A stretch of 64,000 bases of DNA, taken from assembly GCA_038848005.1 (NCBI GenBank), contig JAWCNZ010000005.1, positions 1,647 through 65,646 on the forward strand, given 5' to 3'. Below, in pieces: positions 8,767-17,672 of the stretch. The position numbers and the translations under genes are program-made. Positions within the stretch are counted from its first letter, which is position 1; each line of letters opens with the position of its first letter. Under the pieces are notes generated by a model. The model made no database searches, was not told the origin of the DNA, and saw only the letters and a program-made list of their open reading frames with translations. The stretch comes from Candidatus Bathyarchaeia archaeon. GTDB taxonomy: Archaea > Thermoproteota > Bathyarchaeia > Bathyarchaeales > Bathycorpusculaceae.

Positions 8767-10059
8767 TTAAACTTTAAATGTTTCTCCCGCCTTTGGGGCA
8801 ACAGCCTCCAAACCCAATTCGGTTCTTACCCATTTTGCAAGAAGTTCGCAGTTTCCCTCCGCACCGTGAACCACATAAACTTTGGGTTTTCCCTTAAGAT
8901 TTTTTATTGCATTTTTAAGCTGGGTTGCACCACAATGTGATGAAAAATCGAAATGTTCAACACGGGCTTTAACCTTTCGCATTTTTCCGTCTATGAGGCA
9001 TATACCCTTTTCCAACAGTTCCCTTCCCGGCGTGCCTGGAATTTGATAGCTGACTAGGAAAATGGCGTTATGCGCTTTTTTTCCGATTTTTGAAGTGTAA
9101 AAGACAGCTGGACCGCCTTTTAGCATTCCAGCAGGCGAAATTATCACGCCCGGCGTTTTTATAGCCTTTCTTCGGTCTCTCCACCCTTCAACCCAGTCAA
9201 CCGAGTGCATGGCATCCATAAACAGTTTTGGATCTCGGAGAAACTCTTTGTAGTTCATCATTATTCGGCTTGCTTCACGTGCCATTCCATCCATTGTGAT
9301 GGGATATTCAAAATGGTGAGCTGTTAGGATGCATGCAATTTCTTGTGACCGCCCAACTCCGAAGGCTGGAACGAGAACCGTGCCGCCCCTTTCAACAACA
9401 TCCGTAACGGCTTCCACAAAACGTTTTTCAAGTGTTAGGCGTTCAGTGTGGTCTTCATCTGCATAGGTGCTTTCGGTTATTACTACATCCAATTCGCCGT
9501 AATCCATCTTTGCACCTTCCAAAAGCCTGGTGTCATCCGTGTTAAAATCGCCAGTGTAAAGTATCCGTTTTCCTTCAGCCTCAACCAACACCTGCACGCC
9601 GCCGGGAATATGCCCAGAACTGTAAAGCCTAATTTTCATGTCGCCCACAATTTCTTCCACGCCAAAATCCAAGTGTTTGCTGCTTCGCATCATAGACCTT
9701 AACTCTAAATATTCATATGGCAAATAATAGCTGGAAAGATGGATAAAATCGGAAATCAATATTTGCGTTAATTCCATGTTTAGTTTGTTTGTGTACAACG
9801 GCTTTTTTTCGTGAATATAAAAGATTGGAGCAGCTCCAGAATGGTCTAGGTGGCTATGCGTTAAAATCAGCGCATCCACGGCTTTGGGAGGTATATGCAT
9901 GGGAAAGCCGGGCTCATGATTTAACATGACTCCGTAATCCAGCAAAACCTGAGCCTTTTCAGTTTTCACTGTTATGGCGATTCTGCCAACCTCTTGTGTT
10001 CCGCCCAGAAAACCAATTTGCACCGAACCCATAGTTTCATCCACTAACGCACTAAACAT
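8767..10059 (-). CDS. Beta-CASP metallo-beta-lactamase ribonuclease (aCPSF2-like, no KH domains)
   Basis: HSHLDHSG motif, TESTY, SSHCG and VVHG beta-CASP motifs. 430 aa; M10 is a possible start. Confidence 0.85.
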   Translation of the reverse strand: MFSALVDETMGSVQIGFLGGTQEVGRIAITVKTEKAQVLLDYGVMLNHEPGFPMHIPPKAVDALILTHSHLDHSGAAPIFYIHEKKPLYTNKLNMELTQILISDFIHLSSYYLPYEYLELRSMMRSSKHLDFGVEEIVGDMKIRLYSSGHIPGGVQVLVEAEGKRILYTGDFNTDDTRLLEGAKMDYGELDVVITESTYADEDHTERLTLEKRFVEAVTDVVERGGTVLVPAFGVGRSQEIACILTAHHFEYPITMDGMAREASRIMMNYKEFLRDPKLFMDAMHSVDWVEGWRDRRKAIKTPGVIISPAGMLKGGPAVFYTSKIGKKAHNAIFLVSYQIPGTPGRELLEKGICLIDGKMRKVKARVEHFDFSSHCGATQLKNAIKNLKGKPKVYVVHGAEGNCELLAKWVRTELGLEAVAPKAGETFKV

Positions 10060-10073
10060 TTTTCACTGCCATT

Positions 10074-10679
10074 TTAAAAATGTATTGACTTTCCAGTTGG
10101 AACTGCCCTTACAAAACCCCTTTTTATTGCTTTCAAAATTTCGTCAACGTCGGAGGAGGCTTGAACTTCGTTGTAGACGCTCCATAACTCGTCAACATGG
10201 TGGGCGTCGCTTCCGGCAACGCCCGGCAACCTCAACTGTTTAGCTAGTTTTTCAGCCATGTGGTTAACGTGGCTTGGCGAAACGCCGTTTAAAATTTCTA
10301 TGGCGTTAACATCGTATTTTTTGGTTAGGTCTCCGAGACCGTGCGCACGGTAGGGATGGGCGGCGACGGCTAAGCCGTTGTTTTCCCTTGCAAAGTCAAT
10401 AACGTTCGCCACAGTACATTCTTTAGGTGGTAATTCAGCCACTCCTAGAAGGATTAGGTCGCCTTCAAAAGTTGTTATTTCAACTCCTGGAATTATTAAA
10501 ATGTCCGGGTATGCAGAAGCCAACTGTTTCACTTTGTAGTAGCCTTCCACTCTGTTGTGGTCTGTGATGGCTACAGCCTTAATAAACGGGTGCATGTAAA
10601 GCCTTTCAACTATGGTTTTCGGCGGAATTGTTGAGTCAAATGAATAGTTTGTGTGAACGTGCAAGTCAACATAAATCAA
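10074..10679 (-). CDS. PHP-domain phosphoesterase
   Basis: N-terminal VDLHVHTNYSFDS and later AITDHN, AAHPYR, GSDAHH metal-ligand motifs. TTG start overlaps the tgtA stop. Confidence 0.8.
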   Translation of the reverse strand: MIYVDLHVHTNYSFDSTIPPKTIVERLYMHPFIKAVAITDHNRVEGYYKVKQLASAYPDILIIPGVEITTFEGDLILLGVAELPPKECTVANVIDFARENNGLAVAAHPYRAHGLGDLTKKYDVNAIEILNGVSPSHVNHMAEKLAKQLRLPGVAGSDAHHVDELWSVYNEVQASSDVDEILKAIKRGFVRAVPTGKSIHF

Positions 10680-12277
10680 ATTTGCTCACTCAACGCCTCA
10701 GAGAGCTTTTCCAACTCTTTATTGTGGAAAAATTTAAACTTAACCTTCCTTTTCAAAAATGCTTTCCTACATCTTTTAAGAACTGTTTTATTCCAGTTTT
10801 CAGCGTCGTGAAGCAAAATAACCATATCATAGTTTGTGTTGGCTATGTACTCGGCAACTTGATTCGCCACGTACTCCACAGTTTCCTTATCAAGTGGAAA
10901 AACCGTTTCATATTGCGAAAGCGGGTAAACTTCGTCCAGTTCTAATGGTGTGACGCCGAAAGGTGCAGCGTAAAAGCAAACGTGAACTTTTTCTGAAAAC
11001 TCTTTTGGCATGTGTTTAAGCGTCTTCAAAAATTGTTTATATTCCCGTGATTTGTGAAAGGGCTTTGCTTGGGTTTGAGGCACAAGCACAAGAATTTTTG
11101 ATTTTTCAGGCGGCGAATACCTTTCAAATAGTTTCTTTCTGTGCCGAACAACCTCTGGTCTGCTAAGCCCAACAGAGTTGAAAAAGAAAATTCCGCTCTT
11201 CTTCACCGCTGGACTGTGTTTTTCGATAAAATCCTCATATTTCTTCAGTTTTTTAAGGGCTTGAAGCAACGTTGGATGTCCATGCGCCCTCAACTCCAAA
11301 TGTTCCCATAATCTGCCGTCTTTTATGGCTTGTTTGATGCGTTTTAGCTCCGCAAGGCAAACGTAAAGGTTATGCTCAGCAAGAAAAGTTTGCCGTTCTT
11401 TTTGTGTCATTTCTAAAACTTCTTTTGGTGTTGTTTTTAGGCATTTTGGGCATGTGCAAGGGAAATGTTCAAGTTCGTCCAGCTTAGCCGTGCCATACTC
11501 GGTCATGTAACGGTTTTCTCTGGCGTATATGGCGTAGGCTGCAGAATCAAAAAGGTCGCATCCGAGGGCTACAGCCAAGGCGAAAACAAGCGGATGTCCA
11601 GCGCCGAAAAGGTGAAGGGGCTTTTCAATGGGCAAATTAGCCTTAGCCGCCATAATCATGTCCACTAAAACATCAAACCGATAGTTTTCCATAACCTCTG
11701 TTGGACTTCCCAAAGCGTATATGTGGAAGGGCAGCTTGCCCATTTCAACAGCGGATTCAGCCACCAAATCAAGGAATTTACCTCCTTGAACTGGACCAAC
11801 CCAGAGAATGTCATTCCGAGTTTTAATTTTGAAAAGCTTTTCCGCCCTCCTCAAAGTTTCATCTACTGTTTGCTCCGCATGTGCCCTTGAAACTTTCCAG
11901 CCTGTGGGCAAATCTAAAATTGTAGCTATGTCCGTGTTTATGCGCTCTTGATATTCCACAATCTCTTCGGGCTTTGTTTCTATGTCGCCGTAAACAAGGA
12001 TTTGATAAGCGCCCGAATCAGTCATTATAACACCTTCGTAATCCAAAAATTTGTGTAAGCCCTCTTCTGCGGGTTTTCCGCCGAAACGCTTCTTTAAAAT
12101 GTAGGCGTTTGTTATTAAGGCTTTAAAGCCGAAATCCTCCAAAATTTTTCTAGGAGGAACTGCTTGTATTGTTGGGTTAACAACTGGAAACAGCATTGGG
12201 GTTTCCACTGTGCCGCTTTTGGTTTGTAGTTTGCCGATTCTTGCAAGCAAATCTTTCTCTTTCACTTCAAAAAACAT
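10676..12277 (-). CDS. tgtA: Archaeosine tRNA-guanine transglycosylase
   Basis: MFFEVKEKDLLARIGKL...VETP N-terminus, MTDSGAYQ, and the zinc site CTCPKC. I prefer ATG 12277 over the track start at 12298. Confidence 0.85.
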   Translation of the reverse strand: MFFEVKEKDLLARIGKLQTKSGTVETPMLFPVVNPTIQAVPPRKILEDFGFKALITNAYILKKRFGGKPAEEGLHKFLDYEGVIMTDSGAYQILVYGDIETKPEEIVEYQERINTDIATILDLPTGWKVSRAHAEQTVDETLRRAEKLFKIKTRNDILWVGPVQGGKFLDLVAESAVEMGKLPFHIYALGSPTEVMENYRFDVLVDMIMAAKANLPIEKPLHLFGAGHPLVFALAVALGCDLFDSAAYAIYARENRYMTEYGTAKLDELEHFPCTCPKCLKTTPKEVLEMTQKERQTFLAEHNLYVCLAELKRIKQAIKDGRLWEHLELRAHGHPTLLQALKKLKKYEDFIEKHSPAVKKSGIFFFNSVGLSRPEVVRHRKKLFERYSPPEKSKILVLVPQTQAKPFHKSREYKQFLKTLKHMPKEFSEKVHVCFYAAPFGVTPLELDEVYPLSQYETVFPLDKETVEYVANQVAEYIANTNYDMVILLHDAENWNKTVLKRCRKAFLKRKVKFKFFHNKELEKLSEALSEQI

Positions 12278-12352
12278 GGCGAAACCCAACAAAAACATAC
12301 AAACAAACTTATAAAATACATTCCTCCAAATCTGCCTATAGGAGCGCCCAAA

Positions 12353-13105
12353 ATGGTTTGCACAGTGGAAATTTACGAAAAACCAAAACTTGAAAACCCT
12401 GTCTTAATTGAGGGCTTGCCTGGAATAGGTTTTGTGGCTAATATTGCAGCTTTACATTTAATCCACGAGTTGAAGGCAAAGCTTTTCGCCGAAATTTTCT
12501 CAGACGCATTTCAAGATTTGGCGGTAACCACCGAAACTGGAGGTACACGTTCGCCGATAAATGAGCTTTACCATTGCAAGGCTGTTAAGGGCGGTAGAGA
12601 CTTGATAATATGGTATGGCAACACGCAAGCGCTTACAACTTTTGGGCAGTATGAACTTTGCGGACGCATTTTGGACATGGCTGAAGAGTTGGGTTGCCGT
12701 TACATAATAACGTTGGGCGGCTTCAAAAAAGACGAAGTGAAAACGCCGCCTGAAATTTACTGTGCAGCTTCAGATCATGAAACGTTAAACGAAATTTTAA
12801 GTTTGGGTGCGAAGGTTATGGTTGGGCAAATTTTCGGTGTGGCTGGCATATTGATAGGGCTTGGAAGGCTTAGGGGTTTCAGGGGTTTTTCGCTTTTAGC
12901 TGAAACGTTGGGCATGTATCCAGATGCAAACGCTACACGCCACGCATTGGCTGTTTTGGACAAATTCTTAAAATTAAATTTGGATTTGTCAAGGTTGGAT
13001 GTTGCAGCCGAAAAAACCGAAAAAATACTGGAATCTTTCGGTTTGATTAGAATGGCTGGAGAAGAAAAGAAAAAGGAAGAGCAAAGGTTTCCATGGTTTG
13101 TTTAA
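12353..13105 (+). CDS. PAC2-family proteasome assembly chaperone-like protein
   Basis: ENPVLIEGLPGIGFVANIAALHLI N-terminus is typical of the archaeal PAC2 family. 250 aa. Confidence 0.7.
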   Translation: MVCTVEIYEKPKLENPVLIEGLPGIGFVANIAALHLIHELKAKLFAEIFSDAFQDLAVTTETGGTRSPINELYHCKAVKGGRDLIIWYGNTQALTTFGQYELCGRILDMAEELGCRYIITLGGFKKDEVKTPPEIYCAASDHETLNEILSLGAKVMVGQIFGVAGILIGLGRLRGFRGFSLLAETLGMYPDANATRHALAVLDKFLKLNLDLSRLDVAAEKTEKILESFGLIRMAGEEKKKEEQRFPWFV

Positions 13106-13107
13106 CC

Positions 13108-15090
13108 TTAGCATGTTTCCACAAAGGTTTTAATTCTGTTTAGGATTTTCTCTATGCGCAAGTGCGTTTTCATTTCATTTCGCCATTCTTTTGGAAGTTT
13201 ATACTTGAATTTTCCAGCAGTGCGCCCGTCCATGATTATGATTACGCCTTTGTCTTCTGGACTTCGCAGAAGCCTTCCAGCGGACTGCGCCAAAGCATTT
13301 AGGCATGGAATGTCATTTGCATATTTCACGGCTTTATTTCCAAATTTTTCCCTAAAATACTCGTAAAGTGCGTCTTGCAGTTCCGTACGTTTGGGGTATG
13401 GCAAACCAACAATAACAACGGCGGAAAGCATGCTTCTCCCACCAGTTGACATGTCAACTCCCTCGCTTATTTTTCCCCTAGCCACTCCAAAAACCACGCA
13501 TTGTCTGTTGCTTTTCAGAAATTGAAGCACATCTGAAATCTTTGTGTTCCTCTGTTCGATTAGGAATGGCATGTTAAACTTCGCCAAGTTTGCGATTTCC
13601 TGCATGACTTCGTACGATGGAAAGTAAACGGCTACTCGCCCATTAACTTGTTTAACGATTTGCGTGAGGTGTTCAGCTATTCTTTTCCATTGTATTTTAC
13701 CACGCTTTTCAAATTTTGTGGTAACAGCCCTATCCACAACAATAAGCCTGTTTTCAGGCGGAAACGGACTTGGAAGCTCCATACATTCACATCGTTTATG
13801 GTCAATTCCTAAAACGTCCATGTAATAGTCCATGTGCCAAAGCGTTCCAGACATTAAAATGGCGGAGCGAAGCTTATTAATCACGTTTGCGGCTAATGCT
13901 GGGTCCAAACAGCGGATTCCAAGCTTCACGCTTTTTCTTCCGTTTCTGTCAGCTTCAACTTTTACGTATCGAACGTAGCTGGAACCAGTAAGGCTGACAA
14001 AACCTGAAAGGAAACTTGCACATCTGGAAAGGTAGGAAATTGGGCTTTTGCCAACCTCAGCCCTTTTATATCGGATAAGCTCGCCCTTATCCGACAGGTC
14101 TGAAATATACTCCAAAAGCCTATCAGCGTTAACTTCCAAATTTTTTAGCAAGGCATTAACGATTGTTTCCATTTTAACAACATGCTCTACATCCAACCCA
14201 TACTTTTTATAAACTTTCCTTCCAAACTCAATCATCACCCTTCGCAAAGCATCCAAAAAACCATAATCATCCAAACCGAAATTTTGAACTTCTTTCAGGG
14301 CTCTTCTAACAGACACTGAAGAAAGCTCGTCTGAAAATATGCCACTGGCATAATAGGGTAGGCTGTGGGCTTCATCAAAAACGCAGTTAATCGCATTTAG
14401 TCGCCATCCAGCCTTTCCAAGAACAGAGCCTCTAACAGCATCTACAAGAATGTAATTGTAATTGCCAATGATTATGTCGGCGTATTTTGCAAGGATTTTC
14501 GTGGCTTCGTATGGGCAGATTTCCCCTTCACGGCAAACAGCATAAACTTCATCAGGCATAAGCGGACCAGCTTCTCTAATTTTGTTAATGATGCCGCGAG
14601 CTTGCCAGCTTGGTTTCCATCCGTCATATGTTTTGTCATAGTAACTGCATGTTTTTCCAAAAGCACCTTCTTTTAACCCCTTACAGTAATGTAGGAAGTC
14701 ACTGTAGCCAACGCCTTCAAGCTTTGAATCCTCTTGGACATAGGGACACATTTCCTTTTTACTTTTAAAAACAGAAGCAACAAAACTGGCGCCGCAATGT
14801 TCTTTAATGCTTTTTAGCTCTCTACAGTAAATTTCAAGCTGGTTTCTGGTTCTTGTTAAAATTAGGAGTTTACCTATTGAGCTAAAGTTTTCTTTAGCCA
14901 TAAAAAAGGCTGTTAACACGGAAATGGATTTTCCAGTTCCACAAGGAGAAGAAAGCAAACCAATCCTTCCATTCTTAAAAACTTCAAAGTTGAATTTTAT
15001 GGCGTTAACTTGAAATGAACGAAAGGTTGGGTAAGGGAAAAATTTTCTGACAAGCACCTTAAAGTCAGCGTCTTCTTTTGCCACAACCAT
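13108..15090 (-). CDS. xpd: XPD/Rad3-family Fe-S DNA helicase
   Basis: Walker A SPCGTGKS, DEAH box (FDEAHSL), and a four-Cys Fe-S insertion between them (MCPY...YCKG...TCSY...ICPY). Confidence 0.85.
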   Translation of the reverse strand: MVVAKEDADFKVLVRKFFPYPTFRSFQVNAIKFNFEVFKNGRIGLLSSPCGTGKSISVLTAFFMAKENFSSIGKLLILTRTRNQLEIYCRELKSIKEHCGASFVASVFKSKKEMCPYVQEDSKLEGVGYSDFLHYCKGLKEGAFGKTCSYYDKTYDGWKPSWQARGIINKIREAGPLMPDEVYAVCREGEICPYEATKILAKYADIIIGNYNYILVDAVRGSVLGKAGWRLNAINCVFDEAHSLPYYASGIFSDELSSVSVRRALKEVQNFGLDDYGFLDALRRVMIEFGRKVYKKYGLDVEHVVKMETIVNALLKNLEVNADRLLEYISDLSDKGELIRYKRAEVGKSPISYLSRCASFLSGFVSLTGSSYVRYVKVEADRNGRKSVKLGIRCLDPALAANVINKLRSAILMSGTLWHMDYYMDVLGIDHKRCECMELPSPFPPENRLIVVDRAVTTKFEKRGKIQWKRIAEHLTQIVKQVNGRVAVYFPSYEVMQEIANLAKFNMPFLIEQRNTKISDVLQFLKSNRQCVVFGVARGKISEGVDMSTGGRSMLSAVVIVGLPYPKRTELQDALYEYFREKFGNKAVKYANDIPCLNALAQSAGRLLRSPEDKGVIIIMDGRTAGKFKYKLPKEWRNEMKTHLRIEKILNRIKTFVETC

Positions 15091-15174
15091 TTGACGGACA
15101 TCACCACCTTTAATATTCCCCTTTCGATTATATTATTCTGCAGGGTTTGTCGAACGTCTTTGCGGTGTGTGAAA

Positions 15175-15828
15175 ATGCCAGAAAATTTTAAGCCAACAGT
15201 GTTTGCGGATACCCGTGAAAGTTTGGATGTTAAGGATTCGCTGGTTGAGTTGGGCTGTCAGGTTGTGGAGAAAGTTTTGGCTCCAGCGGATTACGTAGTT
15301 TCAGAAGGCTACGCAGTTGAAAGGAAGGAGCTTCACGACTTTTTCCGTTCAGTTTTTGATGGACGACTTTTCGAACAAATTGAAAGGTTGGCTGAAGCAT
15401 ATGAAAACCCGCTTTTGGTGGTGGAAGGCGACGTTATTAAGGCTGTGAAAACCATTCAGAATCCAATGGTGTTTTGGGGTGCACTGGCAAAAATCGCCGT
15501 GGACCGCCACATATCCATAATATTTACGCCGGACGAGTGGAACACAGCTATGTTCCTGTACAGCCTAGCCAAAAAACTTCAAGAAGAAAAAGGCGGAAAA
15601 ATAACGCTTAAACATAAACCAAAGGTTTACAGTCAAAGGCAACTTCAACTTTTAGCCGTGCAAAGCCTTCCAGGAATAGGCCCAGAAAGGGCTGAGGTGT
15701 TGCTTAAAAAGTTTGGAAGCGTCAAGCGTGTTTTTCAAGCTTCAAAGGTGGAGTTGATGTCCGTAAAGGGAATTGGCGAAAAAACTGTTAGGAAAATACT
15801 GGATTTCCTTGACGCCAAATACCAATAA
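15175..15828 (+). CDS. xpf: XPF/ERCC4 nuclease, short form (nuclease plus tandem HhH, no helicase domain)
   Basis: ADTRE and GYAVERKELHDF (ERK motif), with a C-terminal LPGIGPERA...VKGIGEKT double HhH. ATG 15175 is preferred; the track extension from 15091 is Cys/Arg-rich and abuts the xpd start. Confidence 0.85.
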   Translation: MPENFKPTVFADTRESLDVKDSLVELGCQVVEKVLAPADYVVSEGYAVERKELHDFFRSVFDGRLFEQIERLAEAYENPLLVVEGDVIKAVKTIQNPMVFWGALAKIAVDRHISIIFTPDEWNTAMFLYSLAKKLQEEKGGKITLKHKPKVYSQRQLQLLAVQSLPGIGPERAEVLLKKFGSVKRVFQASKVELMSVKGIGEKTVRKILDFLDAKYQ

Positions 15829-15846
15829 AAAGGATGGAAAAACGTT

Positions 15847-16272
15847 TTAGCTTCCCTTTACTTCGCTGATAAATTGCTCATAAACTTTTTGCACTCGTTC
15901 AGCCGCTGGACCTGAACCTTCAACAACGCCTTTTTCGGTTACTTTCACTTTGTCCATAACCCAGATGAACCCTTTATCCTCGTAAAGTTTAACCATTGTT
16001 GGAAAGACTTTTTCGAGGCGGTCAGCCAAAGCTTTCAAGTTAAAGGGTTTTTCCACGCTTAATATTTGAGCGACAACATTCCCGTTTAGGAACACTCTAT
16101 GCAAAATTTTTCCCTCTTCATCTTTAGCTTCTGAAAGAACAAGGCTTAAAGTGTCAGGGTTAATTCCCGCTAAAATTCCACTGTAGGTTTTGCCAGTTGT
16201 TGTTGCAACAATAACATTTTTATCCACTAACGATGTTATTTCGGTGAAAAATTTTCTCTGAGCCACCGACAA
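15847..16272 (-). CDS. Sm-like (LSm) protein with a C-terminal extension, SmAP3-like
   Basis: Sm1-like GKTYSGILAGINPDTLSLVLSEA and Sm2-like VFLNGNVVAQI. 141 aa. Confidence 0.55.
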   Translation of the reverse strand: MSVAQRKFFTEITSLVDKNVIVATTTGKTYSGILAGINPDTLSLVLSEAKDEEGKILHRVFLNGNVVAQILSVEKPFNLKALADRLEKVFPTMVKLYEDKGFIWVMDKVKVTEKGVVEGSGPAAERVQKVYEQFISEVKGS

Positions 16273-16337
16273 CTTTCAACCTCCGTTATTCACTTTAAAT
16301 TGTGAAACAAGTATTTAGGATTTTAACAGTTACTGCA

Positions 16338-17672
16338 TTACGCCTTGTACTCCTCAAGCTTTTCCGCCAGTTCACGTCTTTGCTGAGGAGAAACAGTTAG
16401 GGTGTTTTCCTTCACCAAATAACTTTTCTTGTCTATGAAAATCACTTTGCAAGGCTCAAGGTTTTCCTGCAAGCATACACCAGCTCCAACTATGCTGTGC
16501 GGTCCAGCTTTTACGCCGGGTAAAAGACAAGCGTTAACGCCTATCTTGCATGAGTCGCCAACGATTGCGCCAAGTTTGTTTCTGCCAGAATCTACACTGT
16601 CTTTTCCAACGGCAACTTGAACTGTTTTTGCGTCGAATCGGAAGTTTGCGGTTACGGCTCCAGCTCCGAAAAGGCAGTTATCCGAAATTATTGAGTTGCC
16701 TATATAGTTCATGTGAAACCAACAGTTGTCACCTACAAGCGAATGCTTGATTTCGCTTGAAAAACCAACTACGCAATTATCGCCAACAGAAGCGTAATCA
16801 CGAATTAGGGTGTTGTTGCCGACGATGCTGTTTAAACCGATATAGCATGGCCCTTTAATACAGGCGCCATCAAAAATTTTGGCTCCCCGCCGAATCCAAA
16901 CTTTGCCTTCAACATGCGCCCTCTCCGAAATTTCCACGTTTTCCTCGATGATTTCTCTGTCAACAAACCTATCCATTAAATACTCGTTTATTGTGAAGAG
17001 GTCCCATGGATATTTGTAGCCAGCGAAAAAGCCGTTGTACCTAACGGCTTTGACTGCGCCTTTATCTTGAATAAACATTTGGATTGCGTCTTCGTATTGA
17101 CGGTCTGAAACCGGAATTTTTTTGTAGTACTCGAATATTTTTTTGGTCATTATGTAAACGCCTATTACGGCTAGGTTGCTCGGCTCTTGTCCTTTAGGTG
17201 GTTTTTCAACGAACTTTGTTACTTTGTCGTTTTCAATTTGGATTATGCCGAACTTCCACGTTTCCTCGACGGGTTTGCATGAAAGCACTATTTCCGCATC
17301 GCCTTTCCTGAACTCTTTTAGCATTTCATTTATTAATTGGCTTTCGAAAATGTCGTCGGCGTTAACAACGAAAAAGTTGTCTTCAACCAAATCCTTAGCC
17401 GTTTCAAGGGCGTTAGCCATGCCTAAAGGCTTTTTCTGAACCGTATATGTTACGTTAACGCCGAGCTTTTCTCCATCAGCCAAATAACTCCTAATTTGTT
17501 CGCCGTTGCGACCAACCACAACTATGAAATCCGTTAAACCAGCATTTTTTAAAATGTCAATGACGTGGTGAATCAGCGGTTTACCTAAAATTTTAAACAT
17601 TGGTTTTGGTTTCTCCACTGCCAAGGGAAAAACCCTTCTTCCACTTCCACCCGCAAGTATAACAGTTTGCAA
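16338..17672 (-). CDS. Bifunctional sugar-1-phosphate nucleotidyltransferase / left-handed beta-helix acetyltransferase (GlmU-like)
   Basis: N-terminal ILAGGSGRR...KPM nucleotidyltransferase motif. The C-terminal half has hexapeptide repeats (VGDNCVVG, IGNSIISDNC and similar). Confidence 0.8.
   Translation of the reverse strand: MQTVILAGGSGRRVFPLAVEKPKPMFKILGKPLIHHVIDILKNAGLTDFIVVVGRNGEQIRSYLADGEKLGVNVTYTVQKKPLGMANALETAKDLVEDNFFVVNADDIFESQLINEMLKEFRKGDAEIVLSCKPVEETWKFGIIQIENDKVTKFVEKPPKGQEPSNLAVIGVYIMTKKIFEYYKKIPVSDRQYEDAIQMFIQDKGAVKAVRYNGFFAGYKYPWDLFTINEYLMDRFVDREIIEENVEISERAHVEGKVWIRRGAKIFDGACIKGPCYIGLNSIVGNNTLIRDYASVGDNCVVGFSSEIKHSLVGDNCWFHMNYIGNSIISDNCLFGAGAVTANFRFDAKTVQVAVGKDSVDSGRNKLGAIVGDSCKIGVNACLLPGVKAGPHSIVGAGVCLQENLEPCKVIFIDKKSYLVKENTLTVSPQQRRELAEKLEEYKA

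Noticed and set aside
15091-15174. The 28-codon N-terminal extension of the XPF ORF, starting directly at the xpd boundary.
   Set aside because: It uses a non-ATG start, has a Cys/Arg/Leu-rich composition unlike XPF N-termini, and would leave no promoter space for the divergent genes. ATG 15175 begins right before the conserved nuclease core.
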